35,379 nucleotides of DNA from a candidate division WWE3 bacterium CG22_combo_CG10-13_8_21_14_all_39_12 (lineage in GTDB: Bacteria; Patescibacteriota; 4484-211; GCA-002791395): contig PCSU01000039.1 of assembly GCA_002771355.1 (NCBI GenBank), forward strand, positions 1-35,379, in the 5' to 3' direction. Positions 1-8,926 of the stretch are shown piece after piece. Under the pieces are notes generated by a model. The model was not told the DNA's origin. It saw only the letters and a list, made by a program, of their open reading frames with translations, and made no database searches. How positions within the stretch are numbered: the stretch's first letter is position 1; the number at the start of each line of letters is the position of its first letter. Made by a program: the position numbers and the translations under genes.

Positions 1-349
1 AACAATAAACGTATACATTCAGCTCTTCGGGTTCCACCCGTCGTATTTAGACAGAGACAAGGTGTCTAAATTTTGGGGTACTTGACAAAAACATTACTAC
101 TTAAAAAGAAAAATCCGAGACCAACAAAAATTGACAACCGGACTAACAAGCGCATTAAAAAATGTTTTGAGACCCAACCAAACACTTTTACTGCGTTAAG
201 GTCTGTTGTCATGGTAGTAACCTCGCTTTGCGGGACTATCACGTTGGCACAAGTCTAGCAAAAGATTTTTTATAGCACCAGACCCACTATGTGCTGATAA
301 ATAAACAAAAACCGTAACAACCCCTAAACATGCCCGCCCATTGGGAATA

Positions 350-1339
350 CTATAAAACTCTTAAACTAACCTGACTATTTTGAGCTATACGCTCACGCAA
401 CTGATCCTCGTCCAATAACCCATTGGTTGCGCCAGGAAGTGAAACAACGTTGGTACTTTGGGAAACACCATACATTAGTGCCTTACAAAAATCATTGGTC
501 TCAATCAACCCTGTCATATAGCCCGATGAAAAAGCATCTCCTGCGCCCGTTTTTTCAACAACGGTGCATGGAAATATTGGCATATGATAATTATTTCCTA
601 AACCATTAGATGCATATGCACCTTTCCCAGAATCAGTAATTACTATGTTTTTTACACCTCTTAAAACATACTCCCCCATCAGCTTAACCATGTACGGATC
701 ATCATACGTATCAACAGATTCGTAGCCAATCATCTCTTCCGCCTCTTCTTTATTTACAATAACGGTATGACTTGCACTCAATAAATCCTTTTCCCCATCA
801 AACCCACGAGCAACCTCAAGCTTACCGGGGTTATAAACAATACGAACGTTGGGATGTTTTTGAAAATAGGTAACAACCGATGCATGCATTTCATCACAGG
901 CCGAAAACCCCAGTGAACTAACATATAAATAATCAACCTCCTGTAAGCTTTGAGGAAATCTATATAAACTCCCCCCATGGTATGAGAGTATTGTCCTTTC
1001 ACCTTGATGACTTAAAATAACTGAGACATCACTCTCTCCCTCTACAAATGTATGGGTAAGATCAAACTTCCACTCTTTGAGTAAAGGCTGTAATAATTTC
1101 CCTAGCTCGTCATCCCCATACTGTGAAATAAGAAGCACTTCATTTCCTGTTTGCCTCAACCCAGCACCAACATTTGGTGCATTTCCACCGAGCGTAATAA
1201 CTCTTTTTTGTACAGGCAATTTTGAAGGGAAGGGTAAACACAATTCATCGGTACCTCCTTTAATATCAGTAACATGACCCTCGTCTACAAATAAAATAAC
1301 ATCAAGGGTTGTGTGTCCAATGCATGCAACTTTTGCCAT
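350..1339 (-). CDS. PfkB/ribokinase-family carbohydrate kinase
   Basis: N-terminal GGNAPNVG and C-terminal EKTGAGDAFSSG PfkB signatures. Start moved to ATG at 1339 (MAKVACIG), 6 nt after a TATACT -10 box. Confidence 0.88.
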   Translation of the reverse strand: MAKVACIGHTTLDVILFVDEGHVTDIKGGTDELCLPFPSKLPVQKRVITLGGNAPNVGAGLRQTGNEVLLISQYGDDELGKLLQPLLKEWKFDLTHTFVEGESDVSVILSHQGERTILSYHGGSLYRFPQSLQEVDYLYVSSLGFSACDEMHASVVTYFQKHPNVRIVYNPGKLEVARGFDGEKDLLSASHTVIVNKEEAEEMIGYESVDTYDDPYMVKLMGEYVLRGVKNIVITDSGKGAYASNGLGNNYHMPIFPCTVVEKTGAGDAFSSGYMTGLIETNDFCKALMYGVSQSTNVVSLPGATNGLLDEDQLRERIAQNSQVSLRVL

Positions 1340-1398
1340 ACTAGTAGTATACAAGCTTGACGCTTAAAGTTACAGCTAGAAAATATAAAAGGTAAACA

Positions 1399-2358
1399 CT
1401 ACCTAACAATAGACTGAACCGCAAGAATTATTGCATCAACGCTTAGTCCATACTTTTCATACAATTGATCCGGAGTTCCTGACTGCCCAAACTCATCTTT
1501 AACTCCAATTCGTTTCACCGGAACCGGATAATGCTCGGATACAGTCTCACACACCAGTGAACCTAATCCTCCGGCAATCTGATGATCTTCAAGAGTAACT
1601 ACAGCCCCTGTCTTTTGGACAGATGTAATAAGTGTATCTACATCAAACGGTTTTATGCTTGATGCATTTATGACTTCAACCGAAATTTCTTGTTGAGCCA
1701 ATGCCTCCGCAGCATCAATGGCCGAGTAAACCAGTGGCCCGCAGGAAACTATAGTAACATCGGACCCCTCACGAACTACATGGGATTTTCCAATCTCAAA
1801 CAGCAATCCTGGCATGGTAAACACCGGGGTGTTGGTGCGTTGGAATCGAATATACACAGGACCCGGATGCATTGCCGCTGCAATAGTTGCCTGTTTTGCC
1901 TCGCAATAATCAGCGGGTATAAGTACCGTCATGTTAGGAAGTACACGCATTAATGCTATATCTTCAAGTGCCTGATGAGTAGCACCATCGGGCCCTGTTA
2001 AAAGCCCAGCATGATGACCTGCAATTTTTACCGGAACATTGTTATAACAAATGGTAGTTCTAATTTGCTCCCAGTTTCTTCCGGGTGAAAAAACTGCATA
2101 CGCACTCATAAATGGAATTTTTCCTGATGCTGCTAAACCTGAAGCAACAGTTGCAAGGTTTTGTTCTGAAACCCCAACCTCAATGAACCGATCGGGAAAT
2201 GCTTCTTTAAACCAATGAACCCGTGTTGATTCTGTCACATCGGCACACAAAGCAACAACATTGGAATTCTTTTTACCTGCTTCAACAAGTCCTTCACCAA
2301 ATCCTTCTCTGGTCGAAATCTTTTCTTCACTTGGATACGTAATATTATCTTTAATCAT
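1399..2358 (-). CDS. Transketolase, C-terminal (pyrimidine-binding and C-terminal domain) subunit
   Basis: FPDRFIEVGVSEQNL, GPDGATHQALEDIALMR, TLEDHQIAGGLGS motifs. Overlaps the stop of the N-terminal subunit gene. Confidence 0.95.
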   Translation of the reverse strand: MIKDNITYPSEEKISTREGFGEGLVEAGKKNSNVVALCADVTESTRVHWFKEAFPDRFIEVGVSEQNLATVASGLAASGKIPFMSAYAVFSPGRNWEQIRTTICYNNVPVKIAGHHAGLLTGPDGATHQALEDIALMRVLPNMTVLIPADYCEAKQATIAAAMHPGPVYIRFQRTNTPVFTMPGLLFEIGKSHVVREGSDVTIVSCGPLVYSAIDAAEALAQQEISVEVINASSIKPFDVDTLITSVQKTGAVVTLEDHQIAGGLGSLVCETVSEHYPVPVKRIGVKDEFGQSGTPDQLYEKYGLSVDAIILAVQSIVR

Positions 2359-3211
2359 GATCGGATTCTATTGCACCTGCTAGTGTTCGTAGTTCGTATA
2401 GTGCCTCAACCGTCTCGCCCAGCGATGGAGATTTCCCGTGCCATTCTGGAAGTTCTTCCATAAATTCCACTCCTTTACCTGGAATAGTGTGCGCAATAAT
2501 TATCGATGGCTTTTGGTAATTTGATTTAGCTTCATTCACCGCATCAATAATCGCCTCAAAATTATGTCCATCTATATCCTGAACGTGCCAGCCAAATGAT
2601 TGATACTTTTCATTGAGTGAATCAAGGGGCATGACATCTTCTGTAAATCCATCAATTTGAATATTATTGCGATCAACGATTTGAATGAGATTTCCTAACT
2701 GATACTTGGCCGCAAACAATACCGCCTCCCATGTGTTGCCTTCTTGGTGCTCACCATCACTTGTTAAACAAAATACATTCCACGATGATTTGTTTAATAA
2801 CGCTGTATACGCCATTCCACATGATTGCGACAATCCGCTTCCCAGTGGACCAGAGCTTGTTTCTAATCCCGACAATGACTCACGATGAGGATGACCTTGT
2901 AATTTAGATCCTAATTTGCGTAACTCACCTAATTCAGTTGGTGAAAAATAACCAGCGTGTGCTAAAACCGCATAATACCCTGGACAAATATGACCGTTTG
3001 ACAAAACTACCCTATCTCGCTCTGACCACAAAGGTTTACTAACGTCATAGGTCAATACATCACCAAAATATAGAGCAGTCATAACATCAATCATTCCAAG
3101 AGAACCTGCGGAGTGGCCGCTTCCTGCGGACACAAGGGATTTTATAGTATCGATTCGAATCTGTGTAGCTTTTTGAGTAAGTTGGGATTCTGTAAAGTTA
3201 ACTGCTTCCAT
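2351..3211 (-). CDS. Transketolase, N-terminal (TPP-binding) subunit
   Basis: SGHSAGSLG, RDRVVLSNGH, LQGHP, SDGEHQEG..WEA TPP motif, IIAHTIPGKG, WHGK. Confidence 0.95.
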   Translation of the reverse strand: MEAVNFTESQLTQKATQIRIDTIKSLVSAGSGHSAGSLGMIDVMTALYFGDVLTYDVSKPLWSERDRVVLSNGHICPGYYAVLAHAGYFSPTELGELRKLGSKLQGHPHRESLSGLETSSGPLGSGLSQSCGMAYTALLNKSSWNVFCLTSDGEHQEGNTWEAVLFAAKYQLGNLIQIVDRNNIQIDGFTEDVMPLDSLNEKYQSFGWHVQDIDGHNFEAIIDAVNEAKSNYQKPSIIIAHTIPGKGVEFMEELPEWHGKSPSLGETVEALYELRTLAGAIESDHD

Positions 3212-3261
3212 ATATTCTAATTCTACCCCGAAACCATATGTCTATAGTGAAGAGTCTATGT

Positions 3262-3849
3262 TTATTGACGTTCGTTTCTTCTTAAACCATCTATATGTTT
3301 CACACGCTCTAACACATCCTCAGGCGTATCAACAATGTGGTACACATCAAATGCTTCCTCTCGAATACTCATATTTGTTGCGAATGCCTCCATGATTTGA
3401 TGCCAACCCTGACCATATAAAATTAAATCTTCATGATGACCATACTCAAGCCTTGCTAAGCCCCACGCCATACCAAATTCAGAAACAGTCCCCGTTCCCC
3501 CATTCATAACCACAAAGATATCGCCCAGATCAATCAGCTTAAGGGTACGTGCAAGATACGACCCTTCTTTAACTTCTTCATCAAAATTGTTTCCTGGCGA
3601 TCGACCCTCAAAGTTAACAAGATCATCAGTTCCATCAGGATATAACGTAACTCCGATTGCTTTACCTCCCCCAGCATGAGCACCTTTAGTTGCCGCCTCC
3701 ATAATCCCTGGTCCACCACCGTTAACAATGGTGTATCCAGCCTCAGCTAATAGTTTTGCACTTTCAAAAGTTGCAATATAATCTGCATCCGTTTCTTTTG
3801 CTTCAGCAAAACCAAAAAAGCATACGTATTTTATGGGTGTATTTTTCAT
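3262..3849 (-). CDS. LOG-family nucleotide monophosphate phosphoribohydrolase
   Basis: GGGPGIMEA and GGTGTVSE (PGGxGTxxE-like) motifs. ATGA overlap with rpe at 3846-3849. Confidence 0.85.
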   Translation of the reverse strand: MKNTPIKYVCFFGFAEAKETDADYIATFESAKLLAEAGYTIVNGGGPGIMEAATKGAHAGGGKAIGVTLYPDGTDDLVNFEGRSPGNNFDEEVKEGSYLARTLKLIDLGDIFVVMNGGTGTVSEFGMAWGLARLEYGHHEDLILYGQGWHQIMEAFATNMSIREEAFDVYHIVDTPEDVLERVKHIDGLRRNERQ

Positions 3850-4496
3850 GCTATTATTTTTCGTAACGAAGCTATAACCTCTTGAGGTTTAGGGCTCTCT
3901 ACTATTGTACTGCCTACCGCAAATAGATTTGCACCTGCGTCAAAAGACATGTGTAACGTCTCCTCATTTAAACCTCCATCAACCTGAATAATTACATGCT
4001 CATATCTACTCCTCAGATCAACAATCCTTAGCAACACCTCATCATTAAACGGCGCCCCCTGAACTCCGACTTCATGTGCCATCAACAATATTGAATCGAG
4101 ATTTGACGCTACGGAATCACTGAGTTCATCAAGATCAGTCTCAACCTTTAAGGCAAGTCCAACCTCAAGGCCAAGTGAACTAGCCATTTCAACAAACGAC
4201 TCTTGATCTTCAAGAACTTCAACATGAGCAATAACCCTTGTGGCTCCCGCCTTTTTCCAACTCATGAGTTGCTCTTTAGGGTCCTCCACCATCAAATGAA
4301 CCTCGTAATCAACTAAAAAATCAACTGCCGCTATCTGTGGAGCAGGACAGCAGGTAATGTATGGAGCAAAATACCCATCCAAAACATCAATATGAATTTT
4401 ATCTACAAAGGGAGAAACCCTTTCAACCTGATCTACCAAGACTTCGATAGAGTCTGTTAAAAATGCAGGGATAATTTGTGGTTGTTTAACTAGCAT
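3846..4496 (-). CDS. rpe: Ribulose-phosphate 3-epimerase
   Basis: IHIDVLDGYF, EVHLMV, IQVDGGLN, AVGS motifs. Start trimmed to ATG at 4496, just after the rpiB stop. Confidence 0.9.
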   Translation of the reverse strand: MLVKQPQIIPAFLTDSIEVLVDQVERVSPFVDKIHIDVLDGYFAPYITCCPAPQIAAVDFLVDYEVHLMVEDPKEQLMSWKKAGATRVIAHVEVLEDQESFVEMASSLGLEVGLALKVETDLDELSDSVASNLDSILLMAHEVGVQGAPFNDEVLLRIVDLRSRYEHVIIQVDGGLNEETLHMSFDAGANLFAVGSTIVESPKPQEVIASLRKIIA

Positions 4497-4497
4497 A

Positions 4498-4944
4498 TTA
4501 ATTTTGTTCAATCTCAGCGATATCATTAAGGCGCCGTTCAAATCGTGAAGTCGATTTAAAGTCTGTATCTACAAAGACTCTAATCATTGTAACAACTGAC
4601 TCATGGTCAGTGTAGTCTGCTGAAATTGCAAGGACGTTCATATCATCATCCATCCGAGCTGATGCAACCTGTTCAGGAGAAATTCCAATACCACAGCGTA
4701 TCCCATTAAACTTGTTTGCCATAACACACATACCTACACCTGAACCACAGATAAGAACTGCACGCTCAACATCACGAGCAGTCATATCAAAAACTGCATC
4801 AGCTGCCAAAGATGTATAGTCATCATCTTCATCAAATGAATGGGCACCGGAATCAATAAACTCTACATCTGCAAACAAAGAATCTAAAAGGATAGATTCT
4901 TTGAGCTCAAACCCACGATGATCTGCTGCAATTACGATTTTCAT
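4498..4944 (-). CDS. rpiB: Ribose-5-phosphate isomerase B
   Basis: AADHRGFELK, DDY, ICGSGVGM, ANKFNGIR, RFERR motifs. Confidence 0.93.
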   Translation of the reverse strand: MKIVIAADHRGFELKESILLDSLFADVEFIDSGAHSFDEDDDYTSLAADAVFDMTARDVERAVLICGSGVGMCVMANKFNGIRCGIGISPEQVASARMDDDMNVLAISADYTDHESVVTMIRVFVDTDFKSTSRFERRLNDIAEIEQN

Positions 4945-4958
4945 ATATTGATGATTAA

Positions 4959-5216
4959 CTATTGAGGTAACAATTCTATATTAAGTGATCCGGCTTGAGC
5001 AGGAGAAGGGGTAGGCGTAACAGGAATACACCGCAAAAATGCATCTCTATCATTAGGATCAAGTGTTCCCCCATTAGCCTCAAACAGCATATAGGTCAAA
5101 AGCGCAACAATTACAACTAAAAGCATAACCAAAAGCATAAGTGCTGTCGTTAAATTAAAGGAACTCCCATTAATATCAACAACCTCTTGAGAAGAAGACT
5201 GTTCAGTCATGGACAT
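4959..5216 (-). CDS. Small single-TM hypothetical protein with PTPTPSP tail
   Basis: One long hydrophobic helix and a Pro/Thr tail; co-oriented 14 nt upstream of rpiB. Confidence 0.65.
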   Translation of the reverse strand: MSMTEQSSSQEVVDINGSSFNLTTALMLLVMLLVVIVALLTYMLFEANGGTLDPNDRDAFLRCIPVTPTPSPAQAGSLNIELLPQ

Positions 5217-5477
5217 ATATCTGTACGATACCGAGATTGATCATCCTAGTCAAGTAAGCTTTTATGTTTTTACAAACAACATAAAAGCTTTTGTGGAGTT
5301 TGTTGAACAAACTCCATTCCATAAGACATTGGTAACAATATCTTTTTTAAGTTTTCTGAAAAAACTTTGCACCTAGAATTGTTTGTACTTTTTAGTGATA
5401 TTTAAAAACTATAGAGAAAGCAGAACAAAACTCCTTGATTTGTAGGTTACAATTCTATATTCTAAATAGAGACACTT

Positions 5478-6443
5478 ATGGACTCCCTCGCAATACAACT
5501 ACTAATTCTTATTGTTGCATCCTATATACTCGTTCGAGCAGCTTCACGACTCGTAACATCAATATCAGTGATTGGCGGGTACTTTAAATTATCAGAATTT
5601 GTTGTTGCATTTGTACTAATGGGTATTGTGACATCACTCCCCGAAATAGCAGTCGCCGTATCATCAGCTATTAGCAATAACCCGGCTCTTGCCCTTGGAA
5701 CAGCTATTGGAAGTAACCTCACTAACCTTACCTTAATTATCGGAATCCCTGTCCTTATTGGTGGTGGTTTAGAGGTGCGATCAATAATTGCCAGAAAAGA
5801 TGCTGTTTTTATGGCAATATTTGCAATTATTCCACTTATATTAGTGTCAGACGGCAAAATTGGCATGATAGATGGGATCATTCTTTTATTATTTTATGGA
5901 TTTTACTTATATCGACTATTCACACAAAAAAGTCATTTCTCACAATTTACTAACCATTTCACAAAAAAAGATGCTTTCGCTCAACTAGGCGTTTTTGTTT
6001 ATTACATTGCCCTTTTGTTTGCTGCAAGTTATGTAATAGTTACAACCTCTGAAATAATTGCTACAAACCTTGAGGTTCCTATTATTCTTATTGGACTTAT
6101 TATTTTATCGATTGGTACTTCACTACCTGAACTTGCTCATGGGCTTATTTCTGTAAAGACAAAACATAGCGGACAAATTCTAGGAGATATTTTAGGAAGC
6201 GTTGTTGCAAACTCCACACTTATCATTGCAATCGCAGCGATTATAAAACCAATCGTCATTGTAAACCTTCAACCACTTGTCATTCCTAGTATCTTTTTGA
6301 TTATCACACTTTTGATGTTTTTGCTTTTTGTATATTCTGACAAACGCCTTGAAATTAAAGAGGTATTATTTCTTATGGCTATCTATTTTTTATATATCCT
6401 TACAGAACTTGGTATGCAAATTGTCGATAAAACCGTAAACTAA
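5478..6443 (+). CDS. Ca2+/Na+ (CaCA, YrbG-like) antiporter
   Basis: Two alpha-repeats: TSLPEIAV..GTAIGSN and GTSLPELA..GDILGS; about 10 TM segments. Confidence 0.92.
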   Translation: MDSLAIQLLILIVASYILVRAASRLVTSISVIGGYFKLSEFVVAFVLMGIVTSLPEIAVAVSSAISNNPALALGTAIGSNLTNLTLIIGIPVLIGGGLEVRSIIARKDAVFMAIFAIIPLILVSDGKIGMIDGIILLLFYGFYLYRLFTQKSHFSQFTNHFTKKDAFAQLGVFVYYIALLFAASYVIVTTSEIIATNLEVPIILIGLIILSIGTSLPELAHGLISVKTKHSGQILGDILGSVVANSTLIIAIAAIIKPIVIVNLQPLVIPSIFLIITLLMFLLFVYSDKRLEIKEVLFLMAIYFLYILTELGMQIVDKTVN

Positions 6444-6451
6444 AATAACAG

Positions 6452-8161
6452 TTATTGTGAAATAATTATTGAGAGAGCTTTGTCCACTGGTACTAATTCA
6501 AAATCTTTACGGTCTCGTTTTTTAACTTCAACATTATCACCCGTCTTTTTTGAAACTACCATACGATAAGGAATTCCAATAAGATCTGCATCAGCAAATT
6601 TTTCACCTGGAGAAATTTCAGTTCGATCGTCGTACAAAACCTCAATGCCTGCACGAAGTAAATCCTCATAAATCTTCTCAACTTTTAATTTTATAGTATC
6701 GTCATCAAGATTTAATCCCACCAGATGAACTCTATATGGTGCAATCTCCGTTGGCCATATAATTCCCCTATCATCATGATGAACCTCAACAGTTGTTGCC
6801 ATTGATCGTCCAATACCAATCCCATATGCACCCATGTACATTAGTTTTTTTGTTCCATCCTTATCGACAAAATACCCATTATGATGACTCGTATAAAAAT
6901 GATCGTATTTAAATATATGCCCAAACTCAATAGTACGAATCAAATCTAGCTTGCCACCACACTTAATACAGTGCGCACCTTTGTATGGCTGGGCAATATC
7001 AGCTTCAATCTCGTGTTTAAAATCTCTTCCATAGTTTACAAACTGCGGGTCAGTTGTTTGAAGTTTATTTCCACCATACAAATTTTTTGCCTCTACAATA
7101 GAAGTATCAACAACAAATGTAACCTTGTCGCCAAACTCCCCGTAACCCCATGCATGTAATGCTCCAGATGTTACGCCGATTGAATTCAAGTCTTCATCGG
7201 TTGCTTTTTCTAATTCTCCTTCACCAATAGCATGCGCAAGTTTAACGTCATTTACTTCCAAATCACCCGTTACAACACCAATCACAAGCCTACCGTCACT
7301 TCGTTTAAACGCAACTGACTTAATCATGTTGTTAGCAGGACGATGATAAAACTCAGACATCTGATCTATTGTTCGAGCCTCATTCCAATCTTGTTCAATA
7401 ATTTCCATATCTTTTACGTCTTCATTCTCGTTTACCTTTTCTCTGACAAACTGAGCTTTTTCTACATTTGCTGAATAATCACAACTTGTACAAACTGCAA
7501 TCACATCTTCACCATCATCACATGGAATCTGAAATTCATGGCTATAATCTCCCCCCAGTGCACCGCTATCAGCTTCGACTGCATAAAATGGCAATCCCAA
7601 TCGCTTACAAATACGACTGTACGCATCATAAAAGTCTTTATATGTTTTCATAAAATCTTCCTGCGTTTCGTGATACGAATAGGCATCTTTCATCGTAAAT
7701 TCGCGTGCCCTTAAAATTCCACCGCGCACACGTATTTCATCTCTGAATTTATTAATAGTTTGGTGAAGAATAATCGGCAGATCCCGGTAACTTGGAGACG
7801 TCTGGGCAACCATTTCGGTAACAATCCCTTCGCCCGTTGCACTCAAGGCAAATTCTGCCCCACGAGCATCTTTAATTTTCATGAGTGAACTTCCCCAAGC
7901 CTTATCACGATTTGTTTTTGTCCAATACTCCATAGGTTGCAATAAGGGAATACTCATGCGTTGTGACCCTATCTTCTCCATTTCCTCATCAATAAGGTTA
8001 ACGATTTTTTGCCATACTCTATAACCCAACGGTAAGAATTCGTACCGGCCTGCTGAGAGTTCGCGTACAAACCCACCCTGATACAAAAGTTTATGTGAAG
8101 CAAGCTTCATATCAGACTTAGGGTCTCTAACTGTTTTACCAAATAATTTTGAATATCTCAT
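6452..8161 (-). CDS. proS: Prolyl-tRNA synthetase (bacterial type with INS editing domain)
   Basis: MRYSKLF start, KFRDEIRVRGGILRAREFTMKDAYS, GAYGIGIGR, anticodon domain GEKFADADLIGIP. TACAAT lies 7 nt before ATG 8161. Confidence 0.97.
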   Translation of the reverse strand: MRYSKLFGKTVRDPKSDMKLASHKLLYQGGFVRELSAGRYEFLPLGYRVWQKIVNLIDEEMEKIGSQRMSIPLLQPMEYWTKTNRDKAWGSSLMKIKDARGAEFALSATGEGIVTEMVAQTSPSYRDLPIILHQTINKFRDEIRVRGGILRAREFTMKDAYSYHETQEDFMKTYKDFYDAYSRICKRLGLPFYAVEADSGALGGDYSHEFQIPCDDGEDVIAVCTSCDYSANVEKAQFVREKVNENEDVKDMEIIEQDWNEARTIDQMSEFYHRPANNMIKSVAFKRSDGRLVIGVVTGDLEVNDVKLAHAIGEGELEKATDEDLNSIGVTSGALHAWGYGEFGDKVTFVVDTSIVEAKNLYGGNKLQTTDPQFVNYGRDFKHEIEADIAQPYKGAHCIKCGGKLDLIRTIEFGHIFKYDHFYTSHHNGYFVDKDGTKKLMYMGAYGIGIGRSMATTVEVHHDDRGIIWPTEIAPYRVHLVGLNLDDDTIKLKVEKIYEDLLRAGIEVLYDDRTEISPGEKFADADLIGIPYRMVVSKKTGDNVEVKKRDRKDFELVPVDKALSIIISQ

Positions 8162-8217
8162 GTTACGTATTGTATCGCATCTTTGCAGACAAACCCACGT
8201 ACGATATAGTAAAGGTA

Positions 8218-8355
8218 ATGAAACTTTCACCAGAATCAAAAAACAAACTCCTGATTGCATTCATTGTGGTTGGATCACTCGCAATTACATACATTTTATA
8301 TTCAACATTTACTTCTCAACCTGGAACTGACATACCAACATTTCCTGAAACATAA
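8218..8355 (+). CDS. 45-aa single-TM protein translationally coupled to a pilin gene
   Basis: MKLSPESKNKLLIAFIVVGSLAITYILY...; TATAGT 7 nt upstream of ATG; TAATG stop/start overlap with the next gene. Confidence 0.6.
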   Translation: MKLSPESKNKLLIAFIVVGSLAITYILYSTFTSQPGTDIPTFPET

Positions 8356-8918
8356 TGAATACACGAAACGGATTTACCCTCATTGAACTCTTGGTTGTTA
8401 TTGTAATTATTGGACTTCTCGCCAGTATTGGTATCGCTTCATTCAGTGGTAGTTTAGACCGCGCAAAAGAAGGAAAAGTTGTTTCAGACCTGAAAGAATT
8501 TAAAGATGCCATAACTCGACTAAAAATTGATACTGGTAAAGCTCCAACCGGAAAGACTGACCCACGAGTAGCACCGATCCCAACTGGGCAACCGCGCCCA
8601 TACACTGACTGCGTCTATAATGTAGAGGTTTATTTAAATTCTGATGACGCCGGATTAATTTCTGATACAACAAATAGATATCCAAACTGGGCAGGACCCT
8701 ATATAGAAAATGCTCCCGTTGATCCATGGGGAACAAACTACTACCACGACTCTGACTACACATGCCATCCTACAACAAAAGGCTGTGAGGGTATTACAGA
8801 CAATAAGACAATCCGGGCAATTCTTTCAGCAGGACCCAATAAAAGTTTCTCGTATGGAGTAGTTGGAAGTACAGCAGACCCAACGGATAACATAGTAGTC
8901 CCCATCTGCATACCGTAA
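8355..8918 (+). CDS. Type IV pilin / GspG-like pseudopilin
   Basis: Class III signal G|FTLIELLVVIVIIGLLA; WAGPYI and PVDPWG T2SS-G motifs. Confidence 0.9.
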   Translation: MNTRNGFTLIELLVVIVIIGLLASIGIASFSGSLDRAKEGKVVSDLKEFKDAITRLKIDTGKAPTGKTDPRVAPIPTGQPRPYTDCVYNVEVYLNSDDAGLISDTTNRYPNWAGPYIENAPVDPWGTNYYHDSDYTCHPTTKGCEGITDNKTIRAILSAGPNKSFSYGVVGSTADPTDNIVVPICIP

Positions 8919-8926
8919 AAGAAATC

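Noticed and set aside
22..50. GGGTGGAACCCG on the minus strand resembling a T-box antiterminator
   Set aside because: Only a partial match; no stem I, specifier loop or following terminator is recognisable, and the downstream gene is outside the window.
65..212. Minus-strand 48-aa hydrophobic ORF (MTTDLNAVKVFGW...) and plus-strand ORF 73-258
   Set aside because: No recognisable motif and only a weak GAGG upstream; at the window edge with no context, so neither can be supported.
8162..8260. N-terminal extension of ProS in the ORF track; likewise for rpe, lysS (23238), greA (26534), miaA (28678) and HU (29041)
   Set aside because: The extensions overlap neighbouring genes, promoters or SD sites and lack family similarity; internal ATGs match the family N-termini.
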